This document shows, one piece after another, positions 1 through 11,490 of a stretch of 64,000 bases of DNA. Source of the stretch: Fimbriimonadaceae bacterium. Its GTDB lineage: Bacteria > Armatimonadota > Fimbriimonadia > Fimbriimonadales > Fimbriimonadaceae. Position 1 is the stretch's first letter. Each line of letters starts with the position of its first letter. A program made the translations under genes and the position numbers. The stretch covers positions 17,567 to 81,566 of the forward strand of contig JBKBQD010000008.1 in assembly GCA_046292875.1 (NCBI GenBank). The letters run 5' to 3'. The notes under the pieces are model-generated. The model did no database searches, was not told the origin of the DNA, and worked only from the letters and a program-made list of their open reading frames with translations.

Positions 1-1
1 C

Positions 2-2524
2 TATGCCGTCGGCTATGCCACGGGCGGCCTTTGGGTGACCCGCAACCTCGGCACCACCTTCAGCCCGCTGTTCGATCGAGAAGTGACGTCATCCATCGGC
101 TCGGTTCTCGTCTGTGATGCTCCTGCGGACTGGAAAGGCTGGACCGACGACGAGAAAAAGGGCAAGTCCAAGAAAGAGCTCGCCGAAGCGGGCAAAGCCA
201 AAATTTTCTGGGTCGGCACCGGAGAGGGCAATGGCCGCAACTCCTCGTCCTGGGGCAACGGGGTCTACCGCAGCACCGACAGCGGCAAGACTTGGACCTG
301 CATGGGGCTAGAGGATTCGCACGACATTCCCCGCATGGCGGTCCACCCGACCGACCCCGACACGCTGTACGTCGCGGCCCTCGGTCACCTTTGGGGCGCG
401 AATGCCACCCGCGGTGTCTACAAAACGACCGACGGCGGCAAATCCTGGGAGCGCGTGCTCTTCATCGACGATGACACCGGATGTGTCGACGTGATTCTCC
501 ACCCGAGTCAGGCGGATGTCGTCTATGCCGCGATGTACGCCCGTCGCCGCACTCCTCATGGCTTCACCAGCGGCGGTCCCGAGGGCGGTATCTACCGAAG
601 CACTGACGCGGGAAGAACCTGGCAGAAGCTCGGAGGGGGACTGCCCGCCACGACCGGGCGCATCGGACTGGACATTTTCTTGGCAAACCCGAAGGTGATC
701 TATGCCGTGGTGGAGTCGAACGAGGGCGGCGGCCCCAGTATCCGCGATGACCGCTACCGCGAAGGGGGAATCTTCCGCAGCGACGACGGCGGCGACACCT
801 GGACGCGCCTGAGCGTCCGGAGCCCCCGCGCCTTCTATTTCAGCAAGATCAAAGTGGACCCCAAGGACGACCAGCGGGTGTACCTGCTGGGCTGGACGAC
901 CGAGGTGAGCGACGATGGAGGACGCACGTTCCGGCAGGGTTTCGCCGACAAGCTCCATGCCGATCACCACGCCATGCTCATCGACCCGAATGACACCGCC
1001 AACCTGGTCATCGGGACAGACGGCGGAGTGAACCCTTCCTTTGACCGCGGGGCAACCTGGCAGTTCTTAAACACGATGGCCGTGGGCCAGTTCTACAACG
1101 TTGCCGTGGACCTTTCGCACCCGTATCGGGTCATGGGCGGCCTTCAGGACAACGGCAGCTGGCTTGGGCCGAGCGCGACCAACCGCAACGTCAAAGACGA
1201 GCACGAAGGCGGAGAGCCCGACACGGGCATCACGAATGCCGACTGGACTTTTGTCCTCGGCGGCGACGGCTTTCACTGCGACTTTGATCCCACGGACTCC
1301 GATTGGGTCTATGCCGAATGGCAGGGCGGCAACCTGAATCGCATCAATCTGCGCACGGGTGAACGACTCTTCATCGCGCCCGAGGCGCGCGAGGGCCAGC
1401 CCCGATTCCGCTTTAACTGGAACACGCCGTTCTTTGTCTCGAAGCACGACCCAACCGTGCTCTATATGGGCGGCAACTACGTCTTTCGACTTCGGGATCG
1501 CGGCGCACGCTGGGAGCGAATCAGCGACGACCTGACCACCCGCGACATTGCCAAAGTCGAGACCGTTGGGTCGCACGCCGAGACCCACGGCACCGTCGTG
1601 ACCCTTGCCGAATCCGAGCTTGACGCCAACGTCCTCTGGGCCGGGACCGACGATGGCCTGATCTGGGTCACCCGGGACGGCGGCAAAACCTGGACCAACG
1701 TGACCCCGAAGGAAGTCAACGGCTGGTACGTCTCGCGGGTCGAAGCCTCGCACCATGAGCCGGGCCGCGCCTATGCCTCTATCGACGGCCATCGCTCCGA
1801 CATGATGGACCCCCTCATTCTTGCCACAGATGACTACGGACAGACATGGCGCGACGTCACCGGCGACCTTCCCAAGGGCCGAAGCGTCAAGGTGGTTCGC
1901 GAGGACCGGACGGCGCCGAATGTCCTCTATGCCGGAACCGAACAGGGCTTCTACTTGAGCGTGAACCGTGGGACGACCTGGCTCCGTGCCCATGGCAAGG
2001 CCCTTCCCACGACACCCGTGGACGACATCGTTCAGCACCCGCTCGAGCTTGACCTCATCCTGGGCACGCACGGCCGCAGCATCTGGATTCTGGATGGGGA
2101 CCCGCTCCGCTTTCTGACCCCGGAAACCACCGCCCAGGAGGTGGCGCTTTTCGACCCTTTACCAGCGACGCCTCGGATGCGGCTCCACTATAACGGTCTG
2201 TGGACCGATCAGGTGTTCCGGGGCCAAAACCCGCCCATCGGTGCGCAGATCGACTACTGGCTGGCCGAGTTTCCGAATGACGAGGTCAGCATCAAGGTCT
2301 TCGATGCCAAAGACCGCGAGATCCGCAAACTTGCCGGAGGGACAGCGCAGGGACTGAACCGGGTCGTGTGGGACCTCCAGCCCAAGGAAAGCATGCGCCT
2401 GCCCGATCAGGGGCAGGAGCCCTCCGCGCCCTTCTTCGTCCCGCCCGGCCGCTATCGACTCGAACTCTGGGTTGGCGATGCGAAAAAGGCCGTGGCCAGC
2501 GCCGAAGTCCTGGCCTTCACGTAA
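2..2524 (+). CDS. BNR/Asp-box repeat beta-propeller protein (sortilin/VPS10-like, glycosyl-hydrolase-like), 5' end cut by window edge
   Basis: The frame is open from base 2; YAVGYATGGLWVTRNLG precedes the listed Met. Repeated Asp-box motifs SxDxGxTW are present: STDSGKTW, TTDGGKSW, STDAGRTW, SDDGGDTW, TRDGGKTW, TDDYGQTW. Confidence 0.7.
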   Translation, partial: YAVGYATGGLWVTRNLGTTFSPLFDREVTSSIGSVLVCDAPADWKGWTDDEKKGKSKKELAEAGKAKIFWVGTGEGNGRNSSSWGNGVYRSTDSGKTWTCMGLEDSHDIPRMAVHPTDPDTLYVAALGHLWGANATRGVYKTTDGGKSWERVLFIDDDTGCVDVILHPSQADVVYAAMYARRRTPHGFTSGGPEGGIYRSTDAGRTWQKLGGGLPATTGRIGLDIFLANPKVIYAVVESNEGGGPSIRDDRYREGGIFRSDDGGDTWTRLSVRSPRAFYFSKIKVDPKDDQRVYLLGWTTEVSDDGGRTFRQGFADKLHADHHAMLIDPNDTANLVIGTDGGVNPSFDRGATWQFLNTMAVGQFYNVAVDLSHPYRVMGGLQDNGSWLGPSATNRNVKDEHEGGEPDTGITNADWTFVLGGDGFHCDFDPTDSDWVYAEWQGGNLNRINLRTGERLFIAPEAREGQPRFRFNWNTPFFVSKHDPTVLYMGGNYVFRLRDRGARWERISDDLTTRDIAKVETVGSHAETHGTVVTLAESELDANVLWAGTDDGLIWVTRDGGKTWTNVTPKEVNGWYVSRVEASHHEPGRAYASIDGHRSDMMDPLILATDDYGQTWRDVTGDLPKGRSVKVVREDRTAPNVLYAGTEQGFYLSVNRGTTWLRAHGKALPTTPVDDIVQHPLELDLILGTHGRSIWILDGDPLRFLTPETTAQEVALFDPLPATPRMRLHYNGLWTDQVFRGQNPPIGAQIDYWLAEFPNDEVSIKVFDAKDREIRKLAGGTAQGLNRVVWDLQPKESMRLPDQGQEPSAPFFVPPGRYRLELWVGDAKKAVASAEVLAFT

Positions 2525-2527
2525 GAC

Positions 2528-2568
2528 AAAGGCCCCGCTCCGGAACGCCGGAACGGGGCCCTTCTTTG
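2528..2568. terminator. bidirectional intrinsic terminator between convergent genes
   Basis: Inverted repeat GGCCCCG (2531-2537) / CGGGGCC (2554-2560) with inner TCCGG/CCGGA pairing. It is A-rich on the left and has CTTCTTT on the right. It lies between the stops of the BNR gene (2524) and atpD (2580). Confidence 0.6.
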
Positions 2569-2579
2569 AAGAAAACCGA

Positions 2580-4118
<1,539 letters not shown>

Positions 4119-5663
4119 CTACAGCCCCAGCTTCGGCCAGAGGTCGTCCACTTTCTTGACCACGTCGGGCGCCATGCGAATCAGTTTCGGATAGTCCCGG
4201 CGAAACCCGTTTTCCGCTGGCCACTTGTGGGTGCAGTCGAAGCCGATCTTGCCTCCGAACCCCTCAACCTGAGCAGCGTGGTCCAGCTGGTCCACTGGAC
4301 CGCGCGTCATCAGGACATCGCGCCCGGGGTCGCAGTTCGCGCCAATGCGGAACAGCACTTCGCCGACATCCTGGACGTTGCAGTCCTCGTCAAATACGAA
4401 GATGAACTTGGTAAACATCAGCTGTCCCAGGCCCCAAATGGCGTTCATCACTTTGTAAGCGTGCCCGGGGTACTTCTTTTTGATCGATACAAAAGCCACG
4501 TTATGGAAGCATGCGTCGACAGGAAGATTCATGTCGACAATCTCCGGAACCGTCACCCGCACTAAGGGAAGAAAGATGCGCTCAACGGCCTTCCCCATCC
4601 AGCCGTCCTCCATGGGCGGCACCCCAACAATGGTGGCGGGGTAGATCGCCTTCTCGCGCTTCGTAATGGCCGTCACGTGAAGCACCGGAAACTGTCCCGC
4701 CAGCGAGTAGTAGCCCGTATGGTCACCAAAGGGTCCTTCCAGTCGCGTTTCGCTCGGATCGACGTAGCCTTCGATCACAAACTCGGCATCCGCTGGCACG
4801 CGGATGTCCACCGTCTTGGCCTGGACCAGGGGCACGCCTTCCCTTCGCAGGAATCCGGCGAACAGCATTTCGTCGATCATGGGAGGCAGCGGAGCGATCG
4901 CACTAAACGTCAGCGCGGGATCGCCCCCCAGTGCCACGGCAACCTCGATGCGCCGACCCATCTCGCCCGCCGTGCGCATGTGATCCGCACCGACCTTATG
5001 CATTTGCCAGTGCATGCCCGCCGACTTTTCGTCATACACCTGGATGCGATACATTCCAACGTTACGTTTGCCCGTTTGAGGGTCGTGTGTAAACACCAAG
5101 GGCAAGGTGATAAAGGGTCCGCCGTCTTCCGGCCAACACGTGAGCACGGGCAGCTTGGTCAGGTCGACTTTATCGCCCACTTCGACCAGTTCCTGACTCG
5201 CCGCATCGTTCACCCGCTTGGGTGGCACCCCTTTCAGCTCTGAAATCAATCTCCCAAAGGTTTTTAGGGCCTCGATGGGGCCTCGTGGCAGCTCGGGTTT
5301 GAGCAGGTTCTCGATCCGCTCCGCGTGCTCGCGCACATCGCTCACGCCCAAGGCAAGCGCCATACGCCGCTCCGAACCCAAGGCATTGATGGACACCGGG
5401 TGCGCATAACTCACCGAACTGCTGGGTCGCGCCTCGGGGTCGATCGATGGCTGACCCATCACGGCGCTCATCGGGTTGGGCGTCCCCAGCCGCATGCCAC
5501 GGCCTTCGGGCCGCTCAAAAAGCAGCGCCGGGCCGCCCGCCTTCATGACGCGGTCGGCGATCTCGGTGATCTCCAAGTAAGGTGAGACCGGCTCGGCGAT
5601 GCGCTTCAATTCGCCCTTGCTTTCCAGCGTTTCAAGAAAGTGCCGGTAGTCGCGATATCCCAT
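4119..5663 (-). CDS. UbiD-family (prenyl-FMN dependent) decarboxylase
   Basis: 514 aa. The N-terminus YRDYRHFLETLESKGELKRI and the region GPFGDHTGYY are typical of UbiD / menaquinone-biosynthesis decarboxylases. Confidence 0.8.
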   Translation of the reverse strand: MGYRDYRHFLETLESKGELKRIAEPVSPYLEITEIADRVMKAGGPALLFERPEGRGMRLGTPNPMSAVMGQPSIDPEARPSSSVSYAHPVSINALGSERRMALALGVSDVREHAERIENLLKPELPRGPIEALKTFGRLISELKGVPPKRVNDAASQELVEVGDKVDLTKLPVLTCWPEDGGPFITLPLVFTHDPQTGKRNVGMYRIQVYDEKSAGMHWQMHKVGADHMRTAGEMGRRIEVAVALGGDPALTFSAIAPLPPMIDEMLFAGFLRREGVPLVQAKTVDIRVPADAEFVIEGYVDPSETRLEGPFGDHTGYYSLAGQFPVLHVTAITKREKAIYPATIVGVPPMEDGWMGKAVERIFLPLVRVTVPEIVDMNLPVDACFHNVAFVSIKKKYPGHAYKVMNAIWGLGQLMFTKFIFVFDEDCNVQDVGEVLFRIGANCDPGRDVLMTRGPVDQLDHAAQVEGFGGKIGFDCTHKWPAENGFRRDYPKLIRMAPDVVKKVDDLWPKLGL

Positions 5664-5801
5664 GCTCTGGAGAGTCTACGCGAACCGCGCGCGGCCTGAT
5701 TCGTTGGATGACGGATGCGATTTTCGCGTGTTCCGGCAGGATGATGCGGCTCGCAAGCCGAAAGCGAACCCGTCCGCAAGTTGCGGGTGAGGACTTTGAT
5801 C

Positions 5802-8315
5802 ATGCCTTTTGCTCCCCTCCGTGTCGCTCGTCTCACCGCGTTCACGGTCGCCGGTATGGCGATCCTGGCCGCATCGGCGTCGGCTCAAGAAGGCGTTCGT
5901 GCCCCCGTCGTCAACGCGAACTGGAAACTGGCCGACCGCTATACCGCCGAAGCGCTTCGGCCATTTATTTATAGTTCAAATGTGACGCCCGGTTGGATCA
6001 ACCGCACCGACACGTTTTGGTATCTCTGGCGGGATGCCAATGGCGTGACCTTTTGGCGCGTCGACCCCAAGGCAAAGAAGAAGGAGCCCCTATTCGATAC
6101 CGACCGGATGGCCGAGCATCTCACCCAGGCAACATCACGCCCCTACGACCGGACCAACTTGCCGATTACAACGGTCACTTTTGATGAGAACAACACCGAC
6201 CTTGTCCGCTTTACCTTGGACAATATCCGCTACGAGTACGATCGCAAGGAAGACGTCCTGCGCAATCTGGGGCGTGCCCCTCGGCCGCCTGCCGGTGGTG
6301 CCGGACCGGGCGCGGGTGGTGGCGGCGGAGGCGGCGGACGCTTTGGAGGCGGCGGTCAAGGTGGCCCTCCGGGTCAGCAAGGCGGGCAGGGCCAGGACTT
6401 TCGCAACTTCTCGCCGGATCGGCGCAGCTATGTCTATGCGATGGACCATAACCTTTACTTCGTTGAAGTCATCGACGGTAAGGACTCCGAGCCCAAACAG
6501 CTAACGACCGACGGTGTCCAGTACTACAGCTTTGGCGCGCGCGCCCAGGGCCAGGGCCAGCAGCAGCAACAGCAACAGCAGCAGCAGCAGCAGCAAGACC
6601 AACAAGAGCAGCAAGAACAAGATCAGGAGCAGCAGCAGCAAGCCCAGCGCGAGCAAAGGGTAAGGCCGAATGTCACCTGGTCGCGGGACTCCAAGTTCTT
6701 CTATGTGACGCGCAACGACTCGCGCAACGTAAAAGAGCTCTTCCTGGTCAACTCCTTGAGCATGCCGCGGCCAACCTTGATGACCTACAAGTACGCCATG
6801 CCGGGGGAAGCCGACGTCGCCCAGATCGAGCTTTGGACCTTCAACCGCGACACCAAGGAGCTCACGAAGGCGCCGGTGGAAAAGTGGAAGGATCAGCGTC
6901 TCTTTGACCTCCATTGGCCCAACGCTTCCGATCGCATGCGCTTCGTGCGCCGAGACCGGCTCCAGCGCAACTTGGAACTTTGCGAAATGGCGCTCCCCTC
7001 GCAAGAAATCAAGGTCCTTCTTTCGGAAAAGACGGAAAATGCGTTCCTCGAAACGCAGAACGTGCGCTATGTCCGACCCGGAGGCGACTTCGTCTGGTTT
7101 TCCGAACGCACGGGATGGGGACATTACTACCTGTACGCCCACGACGGCACGCTGAAAAACGCCATTACTACCGGCCCTTGGCGGGCTTCCCAAATCGTTG
7201 ATCTCGACGCCGATAAGGGCCTGATTTGGCTCCGCGGCAATGCTCGTGAACCGGAAGAGAACCCCTACTACCGTCACCTCTACCAGGTCAAACTTGACGG
7301 CACGAATCTCACGCTCCTTGATCCTGGCGATGCCGACCATAACTCGGTGCTCTCACCTTCCAAGGAGTTTGTGGTGGATGTGAGCTCGCGCACGGACATG
7401 GCCCCCAAAGCGGTCCTCCGCAACAACAAGGGCCAGTTGGTGATGGAGCTGGAAGAAATGGATCTCTCCCGTTTGAAAGAGATGGGATGGACCATGCCCG
7501 AGACCTTTGTCGTTAAAGCTGCCGATGGGGTGACGGACATCTATGGCAATATGTGGAAACCGACGGACTTTAGCCCGTACAAGAAGTACCCGATCATCGC
7601 GCACGTCTATCCTGGACCTCAGACCGAGAGCGTTTCCTCCACCTTCTCGGCGACCTCCAACAATCAACGGTTGGCGCAGCTGGGATTCGTTGTCATTCAG
7701 ATCGGCAATCGCGGCGGCAATCCGGCGCGTTCCAACGCCTACCATAGTTACGGCTATTACAACCTGCGCGACTACGGCTTAGCCGACAAGAAGGCGGGTA
7801 TCGAGCAGCTTGCCGCTCGGCACAGTTGGATCGACGTGGAGCGAGTCGGCATCTATGGCCACTCCGGCGGCGGTTTCATGACCGCGGCCGCGCTCCTGCA
7901 GCCCCCCTACAATGACTTCTTCAAGGTCGGCGTCTCCAGCGCCGGCAACCATGACAACAACGTCTACAACCAGAACTGGAGCGAACAGCATCATGGACTG
8001 CGGGAAGTGATCAAGGACGGCGAGACCACCTTCGAAATCAAGGTTCCGGCCAACCATGAGCTCGCCGCAAACCTGAAGGGCAAACTGCTGCTGGTCCATG
8101 GCGACATGGACAACAACGTCCATCCGGTGGGCACCATTCGTCTCGTTGATGCCCTCATCAAGGCCAACAAGCGGTTTGACCTGATGATCATGCCGGGCAA
8201 GGCGCATGGCTTCGGCGATATGCAGGGCTACTTCAATCGCATGATGATGGAGTACTTCTGCGAGCACCTGCTCGGCGATTACTATCGCGGGGTTGCCGAC
8301 ATCCGCGGCAACTAG
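5802..8315 (+). CDS. S9B dipeptidyl-peptidase IV-like serine peptidase with low-complexity inserts
   Basis: ATG at 5802 follows a GAGGA Shine-Dalgarno; the listed ORF start at 5781 is TTG. A signal-like N-terminus is followed by a propeller region. The C-terminal alpha/beta hydrolase has nucleophile GHSGGGF, VHGDMDNNV and GKAHGF. Confidence 0.8.
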   Translation: MPFAPLRVARLTAFTVAGMAILAASASAQEGVRAPVVNANWKLADRYTAEALRPFIYSSNVTPGWINRTDTFWYLWRDANGVTFWRVDPKAKKKEPLFDTDRMAEHLTQATSRPYDRTNLPITTVTFDENNTDLVRFTLDNIRYEYDRKEDVLRNLGRAPRPPAGGAGPGAGGGGGGGGRFGGGGQGGPPGQQGGQGQDFRNFSPDRRSYVYAMDHNLYFVEVIDGKDSEPKQLTTDGVQYYSFGARAQGQGQQQQQQQQQQQQQDQQEQQEQDQEQQQQAQREQRVRPNVTWSRDSKFFYVTRNDSRNVKELFLVNSLSMPRPTLMTYKYAMPGEADVAQIELWTFNRDTKELTKAPVEKWKDQRLFDLHWPNASDRMRFVRRDRLQRNLELCEMALPSQEIKVLLSEKTENAFLETQNVRYVRPGGDFVWFSERTGWGHYYLYAHDGTLKNAITTGPWRASQIVDLDADKGLIWLRGNAREPEENPYYRHLYQVKLDGTNLTLLDPGDADHNSVLSPSKEFVVDVSSRTDMAPKAVLRNNKGQLVMELEEMDLSRLKEMGWTMPETFVVKAADGVTDIYGNMWKPTDFSPYKKYPIIAHVYPGPQTESVSSTFSATSNNQRLAQLGFVVIQIGNRGGNPARSNAYHSYGYYNLRDYGLADKKAGIEQLAARHSWIDVERVGIYGHSGGGFMTAAALLQPPYNDFFKVGVSSAGNHDNNVYNQNWSEQHHGLREVIKDGETTFEIKVPANHELAANLKGKLLLVHGDMDNNVHPVGTIRLVDALIKANKRFDLMIMPGKAHGFGDMQGYFNRMMMEYFCEHLLGDYYRGVADIRGN
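6544..6657 (+). repeat. in-frame CAG/CAA-rich codon repeat (poly-Gln/Glu tract) inside the DPP-IV-like gene
   Basis: Runs of cagcagcag / caacag encode QGQGQQQQQQQQQQQQDQQEQQEQDQEQQQQAQREQ. Confidence 0.9.
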
Positions 8316-9733
8316 CGCCCCGGTCCAGGGCCGGTGCCGTCCCTGGACCACTTTAACAGATCGGTGTGCGTGACGACGAGGGGGCTTTGAAAGATGGCCT
8401 TGAGTCGCTCGTTGGGCGTCATCTTGGGACCAAGCTCGCCCGACCAGGTCACGAAGTAGCTGTATCGCACGCCAAAGCGCTCCGCTCGCGGCACGTCAAA
8501 CGCGCCGCCAAACTCGGTCAGGGCGATCAGTTTCCTGCCGTCGTAGGCCTTGAGCATCCGGTCCCATAGTTCGCACACGGGATCGCGGGCATCGGCCGGG
8601 TAGGCATCGACTCCGATGACGTCGACATAAGCATCGCCGACATGCCAATCAAGCTGATGGGCCGAGGAAACCCAGATCAGGTTGTTCAATCCGTGGTGGT
8701 GCGTCAGCCGATCGAACATCAGCCGCCACAAAGCGATGTAGGGTTTCGGCCCTTTGGCGCCCCACCAGAACCACGCGCCGTCGGCTTCGTGGAGGGGCCG
8801 CCAGAGCACGGGAACGTCGGCATCGCGAAACTTCTTGAGTTCCTTGGCAATCTCGTCGATATCGCGCAAGATCAGCCGATGCTCCTCGGACGATGAGTCA
8901 GACATCGCCTTGGAAACATCGAACGTCGTGGCATTGGAATAGAAGCCGCGCCACCACAAGGCATTGACCTTGTTGCCTTCCGCGTCCTCATATTCTTTAT
9001 CGAGCAGTCCGGAAGGTGCGTTCCAATGCCAGGAAAGGGTAATCCAGTGCCCATGGCCAGCCATCTCGATGAGCTTTTCGCTCAGGCCCTTGGGGTCGGC
9101 CCCACGCTCGACCCGCGAAGGTGAATAGTCCATCAGGTCTTCGCCGATGATCGCCGGGGCGCGCTCCGCATGGCGAAGCAGGTAGACCAGTTCCTCCAGT
9201 CCATACTGTCCGCTCACGGTCCTTTTGCCGTAGTTCTCGGTGAGGCGGCGCATCACGGCTTGGGATTTGGCCGAGGCATTCGGCGTGACCAAGCGGGCCG
9301 GCACCGGCTTGGGCCGGATAACGGTCTCGATCCGCCGGACTTCGAGCGCATCCAGGTCAAAAAAGCCCCATCCGCGCTCGACGGTCAGATCCGACGGGCG
9401 ACCGATCAGTTCCACCCGCCCGGCGTCGTGCCATTTCCAGTCCTCACCGGTCGGCAAGAAGTGCCCCGAGTACCGATACCCTCCGGACTCCAGGACAAAC
9501 CCTTTCGGTTGCTCGCTGCGATAGCGGAGCCGCACTTCGTAGATGCCGGGGGGCAGGTCCATCGAGTACCGCACCGATGCGCCCTCGGCCTCAAAGCCGG
9601 TCAGGTAGCCGCCGCCCGTGAATCCGCCGACCTCGGTCTCAACGCGCACGCCGTTCTGCAGCGCGCCAATCTCGGCTTCGATGCGCGTCCATTCCGCCTG
9701 GATGCTCAGGGCCAAAAGCGGCAGCAACAGCAT
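8312..9733 (-). CDS. GH26 beta-mannanase-like glycoside hydrolase with N-terminal carbohydrate-binding-like domain
   Basis: 473 aa with a signal peptide. WHWNAP and LWRPLHEADGAWFWWG motifs are typical of GH26. The N-terminal ~130 aa form a beta-sandwich-like module (GGYLTGFEAEGASV). Confidence 0.7.
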   Translation of the reverse strand: MLLLPLLALSIQAEWTRIEAEIGALQNGVRVETEVGGFTGGGYLTGFEAEGASVRYSMDLPPGIYEVRLRYRSEQPKGFVLESGGYRYSGHFLPTGEDWKWHDAGRVELIGRPSDLTVERGWGFFDLDALEVRRIETVIRPKPVPARLVTPNASAKSQAVMRRLTENYGKRTVSGQYGLEELVYLLRHAERAPAIIGEDLMDYSPSRVERGADPKGLSEKLIEMAGHGHWITLSWHWNAPSGLLDKEYEDAEGNKVNALWWRGFYSNATTFDVSKAMSDSSSEEHRLILRDIDEIAKELKKFRDADVPVLWRPLHEADGAWFWWGAKGPKPYIALWRLMFDRLTHHHGLNNLIWVSSAHQLDWHVGDAYVDVIGVDAYPADARDPVCELWDRMLKAYDGRKLIALTEFGGAFDVPRAERFGVRYSYFVTWSGELGPKMTPNERLKAIFQSPLVVTHTDLLKWSRDGTGPGPGR

Positions 9734-9758
9734 GCCGTCATTCTATCGCGACCTCTGC

Positions 9759-10688
9759 CTAGGCCGTCCAAACATAGGGTTCGGCGTCGGTCAAGATGCG
9801 GCCCCGCTCGTCCCTGGCTTCATAGAGGTAATCCGGAAGATTGAAGATGGCCGCGTGGTGACGCGGGGTGTAGTACCGTGTCGCGACGCCTCGCTCGGCA
9901 AACCGCTTCGCGATCTCCGACTCGGTCAGCGCCATGGGGTCGTACTTCTTCGAGGCAAGGATAAAGCCCCAAGGCAGCATGAAGGTCGTCACGAAGGCGT
10001 GATAGCCGCTGACAAAGGGGAACACGTCCGACATCGACTCCAAGGTCTTGAGGCACGATACGAAGCAGTCGGGATAGTTCATGTTGGTGCAGCCGGCTTG
10101 CAGTGCCAGCACGCCGTCGTCGGCCAAGGCGTCGGCACAAATCTGGAAGTACTCCTTGGTGAACAGCATCTGTCCAGGTCCCTCGTCATGGGGATTGGGC
10201 AGGTCGCTGAGAATCACGTCAAATCCCGCACCGCTCCGCTCAGCCAGCCAAGCGCGCGCATCGGTATGGATCAGCGTCGTGCGCGGATCCTCAAAGGCGC
10301 CTTGGTGCCACTCGGGCATGTGCACCTTCACCATATCGACCAGTTCTTCGTCGATGTCGACCATGACGGCCTCCTCGACGGTGTTGTGCGCCAGCGCCTC
10401 TCGCAGCGTCGCACCTTCGCCACCGCCACAGACCACCACCCGACGCGGGTTCGGGTGGACGGTCATCGCGGGCTGGCTCATGCACTCATGGAAGACGTGC
10501 TCGTCGAGCAAGGACGTTTGGATGTTGTGGTCCAAAAAAAGCGACTTGCCGAATCGCGGCACCTCGGCAATCTGGTAGGTCTGGTAGCGGGTCTTGCCCT
10601 CCAGAATCATTTTGTCGACGGAGAAGAGCCAAGTCACCGCTTCGGTGTGGGTTTCGGCGATGTACATGCCGGTCGCTTGTGAGGACAT
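9759..10688 (-). CDS. speE: polyamine aminopropyltransferase (spermidine synthase)
   Basis: 309 aa with VVVCGGGEGATLRE, VMVDIDEELV and DVILSDLPNP motifs. Confidence 0.85.
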   Translation of the reverse strand: MSSQATGMYIAETHTEAVTWLFSVDKMILEGKTRYQTYQIAEVPRFGKSLFLDHNIQTSLLDEHVFHECMSQPAMTVHPNPRRVVVCGGGEGATLREALAHNTVEEAVMVDIDEELVDMVKVHMPEWHQGAFEDPRTTLIHTDARAWLAERSGAGFDVILSDLPNPHDEGPGQMLFTKEYFQICADALADDGVLALQAGCTNMNYPDCFVSCLKTLESMSDVFPFVSGYHAFVTTFMLPWGFILASKKYDPMALTESEIAKRFAERGVATRYYTPRHHAAIFNLPDYLYEARDERGRILTDAEPYVWTA

Positions 10689-10752
10689 TGCGGCGCATAT
10701 TATCCCGGTATTCCGTTAATGGCGCGTTCCTTGCATCGGCCAAAATCTCGGT

Positions 10753-11490
10753 ATGTGGTCTCGGATCGGAACGACGGCGGCACTGACCGCGTTTTCGGCA
10801 TTGGCTCTGGGCGCGGATTCCACTTCGGATAGCCGAAAGTGGGTGCTTTTTTATGACTTTTATGGCGATGCGCAATGGAGCCGCCTGACTGGCCTTGGCA
10901 CGGCGCAGCTTCTGCGTGGGGGCTATCGCAGTGGCGACCAAGAGGTCTTCCTCTTTCTCCGCAATGAGTACTACGACTCTTCCGGCTCCGACCAGCCCTT
11001 CAGCTTCGCTTCGCGCGGCACGTCCCTGTCGGTGGGGGCGCGGCAATGGCTGCCAGGCCGCAAGTGGTTCGTCCAGGGCACGGTGGGCCGCTACATCGCG
11101 GGCGCGAACCGCGACAAGAACGACATTCGCATCGGCGTCGCCGGATTCGACGAGTGGCGCCACAAGAACAACATCACCGACATGTACGCCGAGGCGTTCT
11201 GGGTCGACGTCGCTGACGATGCGCTGGGCTACCTGCGCGTCCGCAGCGGCCCGGTGCTGAGTTCGACGCCCACGAGCCGCCTCTGGGCCTATGGCGTCGG
11301 CCACCTCTATGCCACCGCAAACGGCAAGAACGGCACGGAGAACCGCGTCGAGGCCGGGATCGGGCTTGGACAACTGCTGGATAACCGGGCCTGGATCATT
11401 GGGGAACTGCGCGTTGGCTACATCTACCGCGGCACCGCCGACAAGCGCACCTACTTTAATCCGGTGATTCTGATCGCCGTCAGCTTCTAG
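10753..11490 (+). CDS. hypothetical secreted protein, possible outer-membrane beta-barrel
   Basis: It has a signal peptide (TAALTAFSALALGA), alternating Gly/aromatic-rich segments and a C-terminal aromatic residue (..IAVSF). Confidence 0.4.
   Translation: MWSRIGTTAALTAFSALALGADSTSDSRKWVLFYDFYGDAQWSRLTGLGTAQLLRGGYRSGDQEVFLFLRNEYYDSSGSDQPFSFASRGTSLSVGARQWLPGRKWFVQGTVGRYIAGANRDKNDIRIGVAGFDEWRHKNNITDMYAEAFWVDVADDALGYLRVRSGPVLSSTPTSRLWAYGVGHLYATANGKNGTENRVEAGIGLGQLLDNRAWIIGELRVGYIYRGTADKRTYFNPVILIAVSF

Noticed and set aside
6544-6657. Repetitive CAG-rich stretch considered as a CRISPR or tandem-repeat locus
   Set aside because: It has no repeat-spacer periodicity. It is an imperfect trinucleotide (codon-level) repeat in frame within a CDS.
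6501-7340. 279-aa minus-strand ORF with a long poly-Leu run
   Set aside because: It is the antisense reading of the CAG/CAA codon repeat and lies wholly inside the well-supported DPP-IV-like gene. It is a shadow ORF.
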